This document shows positions 20,321-30,398 of a stretch of DNA of 64,000 bases, piece after piece. The DNA comes from Desulfobacterales bacterium. Lineage in GTDB: Bacteria; Desulfobacterota; Desulfobacteria; Desulfobacterales; JAQWFD01. The notes below the pieces were generated by a model. That model was given only the letters and a program-made list of their open reading frames with translations, was not told the DNA's origin and made no database searches. The stretch covers positions 10,764 through 74,763 of the forward strand of contig JAQWFD010000007.1 in the NCBI GenBank assembly GCA_028704555.1, in the 5' to 3' direction. The position numbers and the translations under genes were made by a program. Positions within the stretch are counted from its first letter, which is position 1. Every line of letters starts with the position of its first letter.

Positions 20321-21625
20321 ATGAAAAGATCCATGTGTGTCGCGTTAATGATGGGCTTGTTGATGATGACGGGAAGTTTCAGCCCGGTGGTTGCAGCTGA
20401 AACGGCTGAAAAGGTCGAAGTCTGTATTACCTGTCATAACCGAATGAGCCCGGGGCAGGTTGCGGACTGGAAATCCAGTAAACATGCGGCAGAGGGCATT
20501 ACCTGCTCAGCCTGCCATGGGGATGCACATAAGGGGCCGGCGAGTGTGGAAAAAGCGGTGCTGCCGGATGAACAGGTTTGTGCCGAGTGCCATGAAGATA
20601 AGTTTAACCAGTTTGTAAAAGGAAAACATAATCTGGGATGGGACACGTTGAACGCGATGCCCGTTACCCATGTGGAACCGGATGAATTGATGGAAGGCGG
20701 CAAAGGTTGCGGCGGATGTCATAACATGGGAATTAAGAGCGATGAAGAGAGAAAAAAACTTCATGACAGCGGCTACCGGTATCAGAATAATTCCTGTGAT
20801 GAATGTCATACCCGCCACAGTTTTTCCAGAAAGGAAGCGCTTCACCCGGCGGCCTGTCAGCAATGCCACATGGGATTTGATCATCCCCAATGGGAAATGT
20901 GGAGCAGCTCCAAGCACGGGACACGATGGAAAGCCAAGATCTCGGGTATGTTGCCAGAAACTGCGAATGCGCCAAAATGCCAGGATTGCCATATGCCGGG
21001 TGGGTCTCATGAAAACCACACCGCCTGGGGCTTTCTGGGCGTACGCCTTCCGTTGCCTGAAGATCCCCAGTGGGCTGCGGATCGGGTGACCATCCTTAAG
21101 GCCCTGGGCGTTTTGAATCCGCAAACCGGAGAACCCACTGCCCGGCTTGATGCGGTTAAAACCCTTGACCTGGCTCGGCTGACCGCAGAGTCCTGGGAAA
21201 AAGAGCGGGCGAAAATGATAAAAACCTGCCGCAACTGTCATTCCGAACAATACGCCAGAAAGCAGCTTGAAATGGGGGATGCCATCATGCAAAAAGCCGA
21301 CCGGCTCATGGCCGAAGCCATTGAAACCGTGGCAGCGCTTTATCGTGACGGCATTCTCAAAAAACCGGATGCGTATGCCTTTGCCTATCCGGATCTTCTG
21401 TATTTCATGCGAACCGGGGGCGGGAACCTGAATCAGGCATCCCATATCGATCAGATGCTGCTGGAAATGTATCTGAAAGACCGGATGCGGACGTATCAGG
21501 CCTTTTTCCATGTCAATCCCGATTATGCATACTGGTATGGCTGGGCCATGATGACCGAAAAACTGACCGCCATAAAGGAAAAGGCGGTCGTGCTCAGAAA
21601 ATTGCATGAACCGGCGAAAGAATAG
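20321..21625 (+). CDS. periplasmic octaheme c-type cytochrome, hydroxylamine oxidoreductase (HAO) family-like
   Basis: Eight CxxCH motifs (CITCH, CSACH, CAECH, CGGCH, CDECH, CQQCH, CQDCH, CRNCH) and a Sec signal MKRSMCVALMMGLLMMTGSFSPVVA. I chose the start at Met13 of the tracked ORF, behind GAAGGAGG. The HAO-family assignment is from memory of size and heme spacing. Confidence 0.7.
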   Translation: MKRSMCVALMMGLLMMTGSFSPVVAAETAEKVEVCITCHNRMSPGQVADWKSSKHAAEGITCSACHGDAHKGPASVEKAVLPDEQVCAECHEDKFNQFVKGKHNLGWDTLNAMPVTHVEPDELMEGGKGCGGCHNMGIKSDEERKKLHDSGYRYQNNSCDECHTRHSFSRKEALHPAACQQCHMGFDHPQWEMWSSSKHGTRWKAKISGMLPETANAPKCQDCHMPGGSHENHTAWGFLGVRLPLPEDPQWAADRVTILKALGVLNPQTGEPTARLDAVKTLDLARLTAESWEKERAKMIKTCRNCHSEQYARKQLEMGDAIMQKADRLMAEAIETVAALYRDGILKKPDAYAFAYPDLLYFMRTGGGNLNQASHIDQMLLEMYLKDRMRTYQAFFHVNPDYAYWYGWAMMTEKLTAIKEKAVVLRKLHEPAKE

Positions 21626-21639
21626 CGAGCCCTACGTTT

Positions 21640-22554
21640 CTACGCCATCATCAGAACGACCGATAACGAGGCAAACGACAATACGGTGGACAATACCACC
21701 GTGGCGGCGGCCAGCTGTGTATCGCTGTTGAGCTGGGATGACAGGACATAAATCGCCGGTGAAGTGGGAAGGGCGAAAAAAATCATCCCGGTTTTAAAGG
21801 GGATGGGATCAACCCGAAACAGCGTCATGCATAAGAATCCCAACACCGGAAATGCGATCAGCTTGAAAAAAGATCCTATAAGCGAGAGGTTAAAATACCC
21901 TTTGATTGAGCCGAGCGTCAGACTGCCGCCGATGGACAGCAGGGCCAGGGGCAAAGTTACCAGAGATGCCAGGTGAAAGGTGTTATCGATATAAACGGGA
22001 AAATGGTTCACTGTCCGGGCATACACCAGTCCGCCGATGCAGGCGATGATCAGTGGATTTGAAATCAGCGCTTTGATCGTCACCTGCATTCGATGCCCGA
22101 GACTGAACTGAAACCCGGAAAACCAGATCAGGGTGGATACCGCCAGCACGTTGATCAGCGGAATGATTATCCCGATCAGGATTCCAAAATACATGATACC
22201 TTCCTCACCGGTTGCGTTGAGTATGACAGCCATTCCGATATAGGTGTTGAACCGGTAGCAGCTCTGGGAAAAAGAGCCGGCTTTAAAGTCCGGAATCTTG
22301 TATTTGACGATATACCACGTGCTGAGAATGTACAGTATCAGAAGCGCGCAAATGGAGGCCGCACAGAATGCCCAGTCAACGGCCGCCCCAGTTTTTGAGC
22401 TGCCGATTTTCCAGAACAGCATGACAGGGAAAAAGATGTAATAAATCAGTTTGTCGGAGGTGTTCAGAAATTCACTGGAAGTCATTTTAAAGGCTTTCAG
22501 CAATGCCCCCAGCGCCAGTAATGCAAAAATCGGAAAAAGGCTGTTCAGTACCAT
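21640..22554 (-). CDS. AEC (auxin efflux carrier) family permease
   Basis: 304 aa, polytopic, with two-repeat membrane architecture and a typical AEC N-terminus (LFPIFALLALGALLK). Confidence 0.7.
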   Translation of the reverse strand: MVLNSLFPIFALLALGALLKAFKMTSSEFLNTSDKLIYYIFFPVMLFWKIGSSKTGAAVDWAFCAASICALLILYILSTWYIVKYKIPDFKAGSFSQSCYRFNTYIGMAVILNATGEEGIMYFGILIGIIIPLINVLAVSTLIWFSGFQFSLGHRMQVTIKALISNPLIIACIGGLVYARTVNHFPVYIDNTFHLASLVTLPLALLSIGGSLTLGSIKGYFNLSLIGSFFKLIAFPVLGFLCMTLFRVDPIPFKTGMIFFALPTSPAIYVLSSQLNSDTQLAAATVVLSTVLSFASLSVVLMMA

Positions 22555-22744
22555 GGATACGATTCCTGTAGTTAATATGTCTGTTCGTTCTGATCTCAGG
22601 GCCCCGGCAAACCGGTGTTTTTTATGTGCCGAGTGTTATAAGGTGAATTTGCTTGCAATGTCAATCAGAAGTCAGAGATCAGAGAGAACGGATGGCTGCG
22701 TGGGTCGTTATGTAGCGGGCCGGCAAGGAAAACTGGTGCCTTAC

Positions 22745-22834
22745 GATTTACTCACGACTTACGGACTTACGGACTCACGACTCAAGACTCAAGACTCAAG
22801 ACTCACGACTGATAACCCATAACAGATAACCCAT
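22745..22834. repeat. heptamer-repeat spacer (GACTCAC/GACTCAA x5, GACTGAT, AACCCAT, AACAGAT, AACCCAT)
   Basis: Read directly. GACTCAC at 22772, GACTCAA x3, GACTCAC at 22800, then GATAACCCATAACAGATAACCCAT ending 7 nt before the ATG at 22841. Confidence 0.8.
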
Positions 22835-22840
22835 CCCTTC

Positions 22841-24229
22841 ATGCCAGGTACCGTAGAAATCACCATATTCCTCTTATGTGTCAATGCCGTCCCGGCGTTG
22901 CTGGGTTTTGTCATTCCGGAAATAGGCGCTCAGCCGCTGGATGGCAATGCACGGTTCAGGGATGGGTTTGCTCTGTTCGGTAGCCATAAAACGATCCGGG
23001 GGGTTGCAGGGGGGATCTTTACGGGCGGAGTTGCGGCGCATCTGATAGGGGTTTCTGCGTTGGCCGGTCTGACGGCCGGTCTGTTGAGCATGATCGGTGA
23101 TGTTCTGTCCAGTTTTATTAAGCGCCGCATGGTCCTCTCTGAAGGGAGCCATGCACCGCTGCTGGATCAGTGTTTTGAAACCGGTTTCCCGCTGCTGTTT
23201 TTCCATTGGGCATATGCCATGCCCTGGGTCAGGATGGTTGAATGCGGTTTGTTTTTTTTCGCCATTGATCAAACCGCATCCATTTTTTTACAGAAAATGC
23301 TGATTCCTCCCCCTGCCGGGGAATTGACCCGGCTGGTAAGGTCTTCAGCCAGATTGCGGGTATGGCGCGCCTGCCATGCAACCTCTTCAACACTGGCAAG
23401 ATACCTGAATTTTGAAAATGTTATCTATTATCACTGGTTCATGAAAAATACGTTTAAAATCGTCGGGATATATGAACGGGGCCGTCATAACGCACTGGAT
23501 GTCCGGTTGCAACATCTTCATTTTTCATGTCCGGGGCTTCCTGCGGTATTTGATCCGTTTCAAATCCTGTTTATCGCTGATCTGCATATAGACGGACTCG
23601 ATGGTCTCGATGACCGTCTGATCAGTCTGGTTTCGTCGCTGCAGGTGGATGTCTGTCTTCTGGGCGGAGATTACCGCATGGAGATGTATGGACCGTTCTT
23701 TAAAGTGATGCACAGGCTCCGCCGGATCATCAGACACATACAGGCCTCGGAGGGGATATTCGGTATTCTGGGCAATCATGACTGCATCAGCACCATACCC
23801 GATCTTGAAGACTGTGGTATCTGCATGCTGGTCAATGATGCATTTAAACTGGAGAAAAACGGAGAGCAACTATGGCTGGTCGGGGTGGATGATCCCCATT
23901 ATTATAAATGCCATGATTTAAAAATGGCATTTCGGGATGTGCCGCAGGGGGCCTTTTCGATCCTGATGTCACATTCGCCGGAAATAATGAAGAGCTCAGC
24001 CGGCTATAAGATTGATCTGTGCCTCTGCGGCCATACCCATGGGGGGCAGATTCGATTGCCGGTTATCGGTCCGGTATTTACCCATATTCAAATGCCGCGG
24101 CGGTTTGCCGGGGGAATGTGGTCCTATGACGCTACGATCGGATACACCTCATCCGGAGCCGGTGCTTCCGGGGTGCCGGTTCGCTTCAACTGTCCGCCGG
24201 AGGTGGCACTGATCACATTGAGCCGGTAA
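22841..24229 (+). CDS. fusion protein: CarS/DUF46-like membrane cytidylyltransferase domain plus calcineurin-like metallophosphoesterase
   Basis: The N-terminal 150 aa carry PLDGNARFRDGFALFGSHKTIRGVAGG and GDVLSSFIKRRMVLSEGSHAPLLDQ, the CarS-family motifs. The C-terminal half carries DLHIDG, GGDY, GNHD and GHTHGGQ, the metallophosphoesterase motifs. Confidence 0.65.
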   Translation: MPGTVEITIFLLCVNAVPALLGFVIPEIGAQPLDGNARFRDGFALFGSHKTIRGVAGGIFTGGVAAHLIGVSALAGLTAGLLSMIGDVLSSFIKRRMVLSEGSHAPLLDQCFETGFPLLFFHWAYAMPWVRMVECGLFFFAIDQTASIFLQKMLIPPPAGELTRLVRSSARLRVWRACHATSSTLARYLNFENVIYYHWFMKNTFKIVGIYERGRHNALDVRLQHLHFSCPGLPAVFDPFQILFIADLHIDGLDGLDDRLISLVSSLQVDVCLLGGDYRMEMYGPFFKVMHRLRRIIRHIQASEGIFGILGNHDCISTIPDLEDCGICMLVNDAFKLEKNGEQLWLVGVDDPHYYKCHDLKMAFRDVPQGAFSILMSHSPEIMKSSAGYKIDLCLCGHTHGGQIRLPVIGPVFTHIQMPRRFAGGMWSYDATIGYTSSGAGASGVPVRFNCPPEVALITLSR

Positions 24230-24259
24230 TATCCTGATATCGGTGGCCGGATCAGGTGG

Positions 24260-24652
24260 CTATTCCTGAAGGATGTCCTTCAGTTTGGATTGGATGCTTT
24301 TAAAGGAATACGGCTTTTGGATAAATCCGTCTGCACCGGCAAGCAGGAGATCCCGGATGATCTCGTTAAAATTGTACCCACTGCTGAGCAGCGTTTTTAT
24401 ATCCGGACGAGACTGCCTGAGTATATCAAACAACTCTTTGCATGCGATATCCGGTAATACGATATCGAGAATGGCCAGGGCAATCGGTCCGTCATAATAT
24501 CTGGCGATATCTATGGCCTGTTCACCGGATTCGGCTTCGATCACATGGTAGCCGATTTTTTCGATGATTGCCCGGGCAATATGTCTTACCATCTGATCGT
24601 CATCGACAACGAGGATCGTTTTTTTTGCTTTGAAATGGCCTGTGCCATGCAT
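24260..24652 (-). CDS. single-domain response regulator (CheY-like receiver)
   Basis: 130 aa. KTILVVDDDQMVRHI, LDIVLPDI and a conserved K region (GFIQKP). Confidence 0.85.
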   Translation of the reverse strand: MHGTGHFKAKKTILVVDDDQMVRHIARAIIEKIGYHVIEAESGEQAIDIARYYDGPIALAILDIVLPDIACKELFDILRQSRPDIKTLLSSGYNFNEIIRDLLLAGADGFIQKPYSFKSIQSKLKDILQE

Positions 24653-24986
24653 AATTATTTATCCATGAATTGAGTGTGTTGTATTATTTATGTTAAAGTT
24701 AAAACTTAATCTGTCATGAATCCTTCTGGAGCCCTGTTGAAGTATGTATTCCCCCGTAAAAGCGTAAAAATGAGTAAAATTGCGGCACCAAACGCGGCAG
24801 CCGTTCCGGATAACGGGGAACCGCGGTCCATACAGCCATCGGGTTTCAGGTACGCTGATTATATTTATCGTTACACAAAGCCTGTACGGGGGTCAAGTTC
24901 GTTTCCATTCGTAAATGGTCTTTTTTCCCACAATCTCTGTGCTTGTGCCCTGTGGAAGGCAACGCCGCTTTCTTCGGGGCTAAAAT

Positions 24987-25053
24987 AGCGCTCTGCGGCC
25001 GGACTGAGGAGCACTGCCGCTGGCAGGAGCACTTCGTTTGAGGCAAAAAGCAA
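24987..25053 (-). repeat. dispersed repeat family 2, copy 1
   Basis: The reverse complement reads TTGCTTTTTGCCTCAAACGAAGTGCTCCTGCCAGCGGCAGTGCTCCTCAGTCCGGCCGCAGAGCGCT. It aligns with 36227-36296 and 63621-63700. Confidence 0.75.
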
Positions 25054-25125
25054 TATGCCTCCGTGCAATGCCTTTTAATTTTGCGGAAGACTCATCGCTT
25101 TGAAAGATGAAACGGGGACGGAAAA

Positions 25126-26472
25126 ATGCGAAAAGCGCATCTGCTGCTCTGGATTGTCGTATGGATGTTTACCGGTTCCGTGTTTCCGGTGCAGTCACGA
25201 ACGGTTGAAGACGGGGTGTTTACGCTTGAGCAGATCATCGAACAGGCGATTGAGGCTAATATCGGCTTGAAACAGTCCCGGGAAGATACCCGTGCGGCAT
25301 TTGATGTCAAGAATATTGAGCGATCCAGACTGCTGCCGACTTTTTCTGCCGGTTACAGATACCGGAGAAATGATGATGAGGTAACGATTCCTGCGTTCGG
25401 CCAGCTTTCACTCCGGGATGAATATACATTTTCACTGTCCATGACCCAGCCGCTGTTTTCCGGATTTTCGTTGATTAATCAGTATGAGATATCGGCGTTG
25501 GGTATTGATGTGTCAAAAATGAGGGAAACACTGCTTCTGCAAAATATTGTGCTCGCAGCCCGGCAAGCCTGTTTCAACTTTCTCAAGTCCCGGCAGCTGG
25601 AAGCAGTATCGCGGGAAACCGTTCACCAGATCAGCGCTCATGAGCAAGTTGCCCGGGAGTTTTATGATGTGGGTATGATACCGTTGAATGATTTGCTGCA
25701 GGCCCGGGTTGAGCTGGCCAATGCCGGGCAGGCGTTGACCCGGGCATCCAATGCGCTGGAAGAAGCCGCAGCGGCGCTGAATACACTGCTCAGACGCCCG
25801 CTCAATTCTGTGATGCAGGTATCCGATATCCGATCCGATCGGTTGCAGTATCCGTCGTTTGAACATGACATCGATTATTGTCTGGACAGCGCGGTCACCC
25901 ATCGGGTTGAGTTTAAAATTGCCGATCTTCAGATTCAGATCGCTCAAAAAGAGGTCCAGGTGGCAAAAAAAGACTATTATCCGTCGGTCAATCTGCAGGG
26001 AATCTACCGGCAGGTCGGCGACCGGCCGGATACCACCGGGGAATCCGGGATAACTGATTCCGGCTCCTGGGAGGTGTCTGCTGCCGCCACGTGGAATTTC
26101 TGGGACTGGAACAGAACCCGGAGCCGTGTCAGGGAAAAATCAAACCGTCTGGCACAGGCACGATTGCAAAAACAGCAATTCCAGGATGATATTGCATTTG
26201 AAGTTAAAAGGGCATATCTGAAGGTCAGGGAATCTGAAAAGAATATCAAAACGGCCGAACAGGCGATCGAGCAGGCAAAGGAAAATTTCAGAATCAATCA
26301 GGAGCGATATCAGCAGCAGATCGCCACTTCCACCGATGTTCTGGATGCCCAGACGCTGCTGTCAGGAACCCTGACCAGTTATTACAATGCGTTATATGAC
26401 GTTCATATTTCCAGGGCCGTATTGTTGAGGGCCATGGGTCAGGGGGGAAAAAAGGAAGGTCAAGCCCAATGA
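25126..26472 (+). CDS. TolC-family outer membrane efflux protein
   Basis: 448 aa with a signal peptide and two repeated coiled-coil/beta halves (LTLEQIIEQAIEANIGLK, ...QERYQQQIATSTDVLDAQTLL). Confidence 0.85.
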   Translation: MRKAHLLLWIVVWMFTGSVFPVQSRTVEDGVFTLEQIIEQAIEANIGLKQSREDTRAAFDVKNIERSRLLPTFSAGYRYRRNDDEVTIPAFGQLSLRDEYTFSLSMTQPLFSGFSLINQYEISALGIDVSKMRETLLLQNIVLAARQACFNFLKSRQLEAVSRETVHQISAHEQVAREFYDVGMIPLNDLLQARVELANAGQALTRASNALEEAAAALNTLLRRPLNSVMQVSDIRSDRLQYPSFEHDIDYCLDSAVTHRVEFKIADLQIQIAQKEVQVAKKDYYPSVNLQGIYRQVGDRPDTTGESGITDSGSWEVSAAATWNFWDWNRTRSRVREKSNRLAQARLQKQQFQDDIAFEVKRAYLKVRESEKNIKTAEQAIEQAKENFRINQERYQQQIATSTDVLDAQTLLSGTLTSYYNALYDVHISRAVLLRAMGQGGKKEGQAQ

Positions 26473-26674
26473 CATATCAATGTCCATCCATAAATTCGGT
26501 ATTCACCGGATGGGCACCAAAGTATGTTTCCAAACTTGGCATATTCGGCAGCAATATGCTATAGGAAGAATAAGGGGCTAAAAGCCCGGAAGTTAAACTC
26601 TGATCCAATGGCAGGGTGAACAACTGCGTTGATAATATCGTTTCAAATAATTTGACTGCAAGGAATATATTCAT

Positions 26675-28378
26675 ATGACTGACATCGAAGCGAAGCCCTC
26701 AAGTGATTTTATTCGGACCATCGTGACTGAAGACGTTAAAGCCGGGAAAAATGACGGCAGGGTCGTCACCCGTTTTCCTCCGGAACCAAACGGATATCTG
26801 CATATCGGACATGCCAAATCCATCTGTCTTAATTTTGGCATTTCAAGTGAATTTGGCGGTATCTGCCATCTGAGATTCGATGACACCAATCCTGCCAGAG
26901 AAGATGTCGAATACATTGACTCCATCAAGGAAGATGTCAAATGGCTCGGGTTTGACTGGGGAGGCCACGAGTACTTCGCATCCGATTATTTTGACCGTAT
27001 CTATGCTTTTGCCATTGAACTCATCAAAAAAGGCAAGGCGTACATCGACAGTTCAAGTGCTGATGAAATCCGCGAAAACCGGGGTACACTCACCGAACCG
27101 GGTAAGGACAGCCCGTACCGGAACCGGTCGGTCGTGGAAAATCTGGATCTGTTCGAACGGATGAAAAACGGTGAATTCGAAGACGGCAGTCAGGTGCTCA
27201 GGGCAAAGATCGATATGGCCTCTCCCAACTTCGTCATGAGAGACCCGGTCCTGTACCGTATCCGGAAGGTGTCCCATCACCGGACCGGTGACCGGTGGTG
27301 TATTTATCCCATGTATGATTTTACCCACTGCCTGTCGGATTCCATCGAGGGAATTACCCATTCCATCTGTACTCTGGAATTTGAGATCAACCGGCCCCTG
27401 TATGACTGGGTACTGGATCAGCTTGACGTGCTCTGCCACCCGCAGCAGATCGAGTTTGCCCGGCTGAATCTCAGCTTCACGATCATGAGTAAACGTAAAC
27501 TGCTCAAGCTCGTCCAGTCCGGTCATGTCAGCGGATGGGATGATCCCCGACTGCCCACTATATCCGGAATCCGGAGACGGGGATATACCCCCGAGGCCAT
27601 CCGTAATTTCTGCAGCCGTATTGGCGTGGCCAAACGCGACAGCATTGTGGATATGGCCCTTCTGGAATTCACTCTGCGGGAGGATCTGAATAAACGCGCT
27701 GCCCGTGCCATGGGGGTTCTCAGGCCCCTGAAGGTGGTGATCGTCAATTACCCCGAAGATCAGGTGGAAGAGCTCGATGCCATCAATAATCCGGAAGATG
27801 AATCCATGGGGACCCGAAAGGTTCCCTTTTCACGGGTCATCTATATCGAACAGGATGATTTCCGTGAAGATGCCCCCAGAAAGTATTTCCGCCTGGCGCC
27901 CGGCAGAGAGGTCAGACTGAGATATGCCTACTATATAAAGTGTGAGGAAGTGATCAAGGATGAGACCAGCGGAGAAGTGATCGCGCTTCACTGTACGTAT
28001 GATCCGGAAACCCGCGGCGGGTATTCTCCGGACGGTCGAAAGGTCAAGGGAACCATCCACTGGGTGTCAGCGGCCCATGCGCTCGATGCTGAAGTGCGTC
28101 TGTATGACCGCCTGTTTACCAGTGAAAACCCGGATGATGTGCAGGAGGGAATGGATTTTACATCCAGTCTGAATCCAAATTCTCTGGAAATTCTCAAGAA
28201 CTGCAAGCTGGAACCCGGATTAAAAGAGGCGCAGCCGGGCATACCGTATCAGTTTGAGCGAATGGGTTATTTCTGTGTGGATTTGAAAGATTCCCGACCC
28301 GATGCCCCGGTGTTCAACAGGACCGTGACCCTGCGCGACAGCTGGGCCAAAATCGAACAGAAACAAAATGACAAATAA
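26675..28378 (+). CDS. glnS: glutamine--tRNA ligase
   Basis: DFIRTIV..D...G....[20 protein letters not shown] (HIGH motif) and FTIMSKRKL (KMSKS-type). The length of 567 aa fits. Confidence 0.9.
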   Translation: MTDIEAKPSSDFIRTIVTEDVKAGKNDGRVVTRFPPEPNGYLHIGHAKSICLNFGISSEFGGICHLRFDDTNPAREDVEYIDSIKEDVKWLGFDWGGHEYFASDYFDRIYAFAIELIKKGKAYIDSSSADEIRENRGTLTEPGKDSPYRNRSVVENLDLFERMKNGEFEDGSQVLRAKIDMASPNFVMRDPVLYRIRKVSHHRTGDRWCIYPMYDFTHCLSDSIEGITHSICTLEFEINRPLYDWVLDQLDVLCHPQQIEFARLNLSFTIMSKRKLLKLVQSGHVSGWDDPRLPTISGIRRRGYTPEAIRNFCSRIGVAKRDSIVDMALLEFTLREDLNKRAARAMGVLRPLKVVIVNYPEDQVEELDAINNPEDESMGTRKVPFSRVIYIEQDDFREDAPRKYFRLAPGREVRLRYAYYIKCEEVIKDETSGEVIALHCTYDPETRGGYSPDGRKVKGTIHWVSAAHALDAEVRLYDRLFTSENPDDVQEGMDFTSSLNPNSLEILKNCKLEPGLKEAQPGIPYQFERMGYFCVDLKDSRPDAPVFNRTVTLRDSWAKIEQKQNDK

Positions 28379-28419
28379 GGGCTCTGGCTCAAATCTTCTT
28401 TATAATGCTATAGGAACGT

Positions 28420-29598
28420 ATGGAAATAAAACTAAGAAAAGGCAAGCCGAGGGTACCCGTATACCAGTACGAGAAAGATGGCCGGTATTTTGCCCAGATT
28501 GCGGATGACATCAAGGAGGCCGGTGCAGAGGAGCTGTCCGAACTCGGGGCAGAAAGTATCCTTCCTGCATATCGCGGATTGTATTTTAAAGCCGACAGAT
28601 CCGTGATGTACCGGATCAATTATCAGTCCAGACTGATTTCACGGTGTCTTGCGCCGCTGATCTCATTCAGCTGTCCGGATACCGAAACCTTGTATTCGGT
28701 GGCAAAGCAGATCCGGTGGGAAGATTTTTTTTCAGATGGCAGCACATTTGCCATATCGGCCAATGTCGCCAACAGTGCCATTACGCATTCACAATATGCC
28801 TCTTTGCGTCTCAAGGATGCGGTTGCGGATTATTTCCGGGAAAAAACCGGCAGCCGGCCGAATGTATCCGTGGACGATCCGGATATTCTGCTGAACCTTC
28901 ATATCAGTGAGGACAAGGCAGATTTGAGCCTTGATACCTCTGGCGGCCCGCTTCACAAACGTGGCTACCGGGAGGAGACGGTATCTGCCCCGATGCAGGA
29001 AACCATTGCCGCGGCGATTATCCGGCTTTCAGAATGGGACGGGTCTGTCCCGCTGTATGATCCCATGTGCGGCTCAGGGACGCTCCTGTGTGAAGCGCTG
29101 ATGCGCTACAGCAGAATTCCTGCGGGGATTTTCAGGGAAAAATTCGGGTTTGAATGCCTGCCGGATTTCAGCCGTTTGGCCTGGAGACAGGTCAAAGCTG
29201 AAGGAAATGGAAACATCCGGGAACTGCCCAAAGGACTGGTTGCCGGAAGCGACCTGTCCGAACAGGCGGTAGAGGCTGCAAAGACCAACCTGATGGGCCT
29301 TCATTACGGAAAGAATGTAATAATCGAACAGGCTGATTTTAACAGTTTATCCGGTATTGAAGGGCAGATCATTGTCATCAATCCCCCCTACGGCATACGG
29401 ATGGGGGCAGATCAGGATCTGGATGCCCTGTACAAAAATCTCGGTGATTTCCTCAAAAACAAATGCATCGGCTCAACCGCCTTTATTTATTTCGGAGACC
29501 GCGACTATATCAAAAAACTCGGCCTGAAACCCTTATGGAAAAAGCCGATCGAGGCAGGGGGGCTTGACGGCAGACTGGTAAAATATGAAATGTATTAG
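28420..29598 (+). CDS. THUMP-domain class I SAM-dependent RNA methyltransferase (RlmL/K-like, UPF0020)
   Basis: DPMCGSGTLLCEA (SAM motif I) and VINPPYGIR (motif IV), with an N-terminal THUMP-like region. Confidence 0.75.
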   Translation: MEIKLRKGKPRVPVYQYEKDGRYFAQIADDIKEAGAEELSELGAESILPAYRGLYFKADRSVMYRINYQSRLISRCLAPLISFSCPDTETLYSVAKQIRWEDFFSDGSTFAISANVANSAITHSQYASLRLKDAVADYFREKTGSRPNVSVDDPDILLNLHISEDKADLSLDTSGGPLHKRGYREETVSAPMQETIAAAIIRLSEWDGSVPLYDPMCGSGTLLCEALMRYSRIPAGIFREKFGFECLPDFSRLAWRQVKAEGNGNIRELPKGLVAGSDLSEQAVEAAKTNLMGLHYGKNVIIEQADFNSLSGIEGQIIVINPPYGIRMGADQDLDALYKNLGDFLKNKCIGSTAFIYFGDRDYIKKLGLKPLWKKPIEAGGLDGRLVKYEMY

Positions 29599-29609
29599 GA
29601 ATACATGCC

Positions 29610-30398
29610 ATGTCTACGATTATCATCGATAATGAAAAATGCCGGCGCTGCGGGATCTGCTCTCAAGTTTGTCCCATGAGGGTACTGAGAATGGACGAAG
29701 CGGGTAAAATTCATACGGTGGACGGATACGAACTGCTTTGTCTGGGCTGCGGCCATTGCGCAGCTGTTTGTCCGGAGGCCGCCATTTCGGTGGATGGTGT
29801 CGCGGGCGAACAGATGAAACCGGCAGTTGTTGATCCGAACGAAAGACAGATCTTCGAACAGCTGGTTCGCCGTCGCCGCTCCATCCGCGCCTATAAACCG
29901 GATACCGTACCCGCCGGAGAACTTCAGCGACTGATCGATGTGACCCGGTGGGCGCCTACGGCCAAAAATTCCCAGGCGGTCTGCTGGACCGTGATACAGA
30001 GCCCGGAGCGGGTTCATAAACTGGCCGGTATGGTTGTTGACTGGTTCAGGGAGATCGGGGTTACAGGGATCGTCAAGGCATGGGAGGCCGGAAAGGATAT
30101 TATCCTTCGCAATGCGCCGCACCTTGTCATCGCACACGCGCCGGGCGATGCCTTTATGCCAAAAACCGACTGCGCCATTGCCATGACCCTCCTCGATCTG
30201 GCCGCAATCGCATCCGGACTCGGCACTTGCTGGGCAGGGTTTTTCATGAATGCCGCAGATGCCTGGGCGCCGATCGCACGGGAAATAAAGCTGCCCGAAA
30301 ATCACCGGGTCTGCGGTGCCCTGATGATCGGGTATCCGGTATACCATTTCAAGCGGGTTCCGCCCCGGAATGATTGCAATATTACATTTTTAACCTGA
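29610..30398 (+). CDS. nitroreductase-family protein with N-terminal 2x[4Fe-4S] ferredoxin domain
   Basis: CRRCGICSQVCP and CLGCGHCAAVCP are followed by RRRRSIRAYKPD...WAPTAKNSQ, the nitroreductase fold. Confidence 0.8.
   Translation: MSTIIIDNEKCRRCGICSQVCPMRVLRMDEAGKIHTVDGYELLCLGCGHCAAVCPEAAISVDGVAGEQMKPAVVDPNERQIFEQLVRRRRSIRAYKPDTVPAGELQRLIDVTRWAPTAKNSQAVCWTVIQSPERVHKLAGMVVDWFREIGVTGIVKAWEAGKDIILRNAPHLVIAHAPGDAFMPKTDCAIAMTLLDLAAIASGLGTCWAGFFMNAADAWAPIAREIKLPENHRVCGALMIGYPVYHFKRVPPRNDCNITFLT

Noticed and set aside
20507-21607. 366-aa minus-strand ORF covering almost the whole octaheme cytochrome gene.
   Set aside because: It is antisense to a gene with eight CxxCH motifs and a signal peptide. 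Its translation is Gly/Pro/Arg/His-rich with no motifs. This is a typical shadow ORF in GC-balanced DNA.
29595-30347. 250-aa minus-strand ORF opposite the ferredoxin-nitroreductase gene.
   Set aside because: The same reasoning applies. The plus-strand frame has two CxxCxxCxxxCP clusters and nitroreductase motifs, and the antisense product has none.
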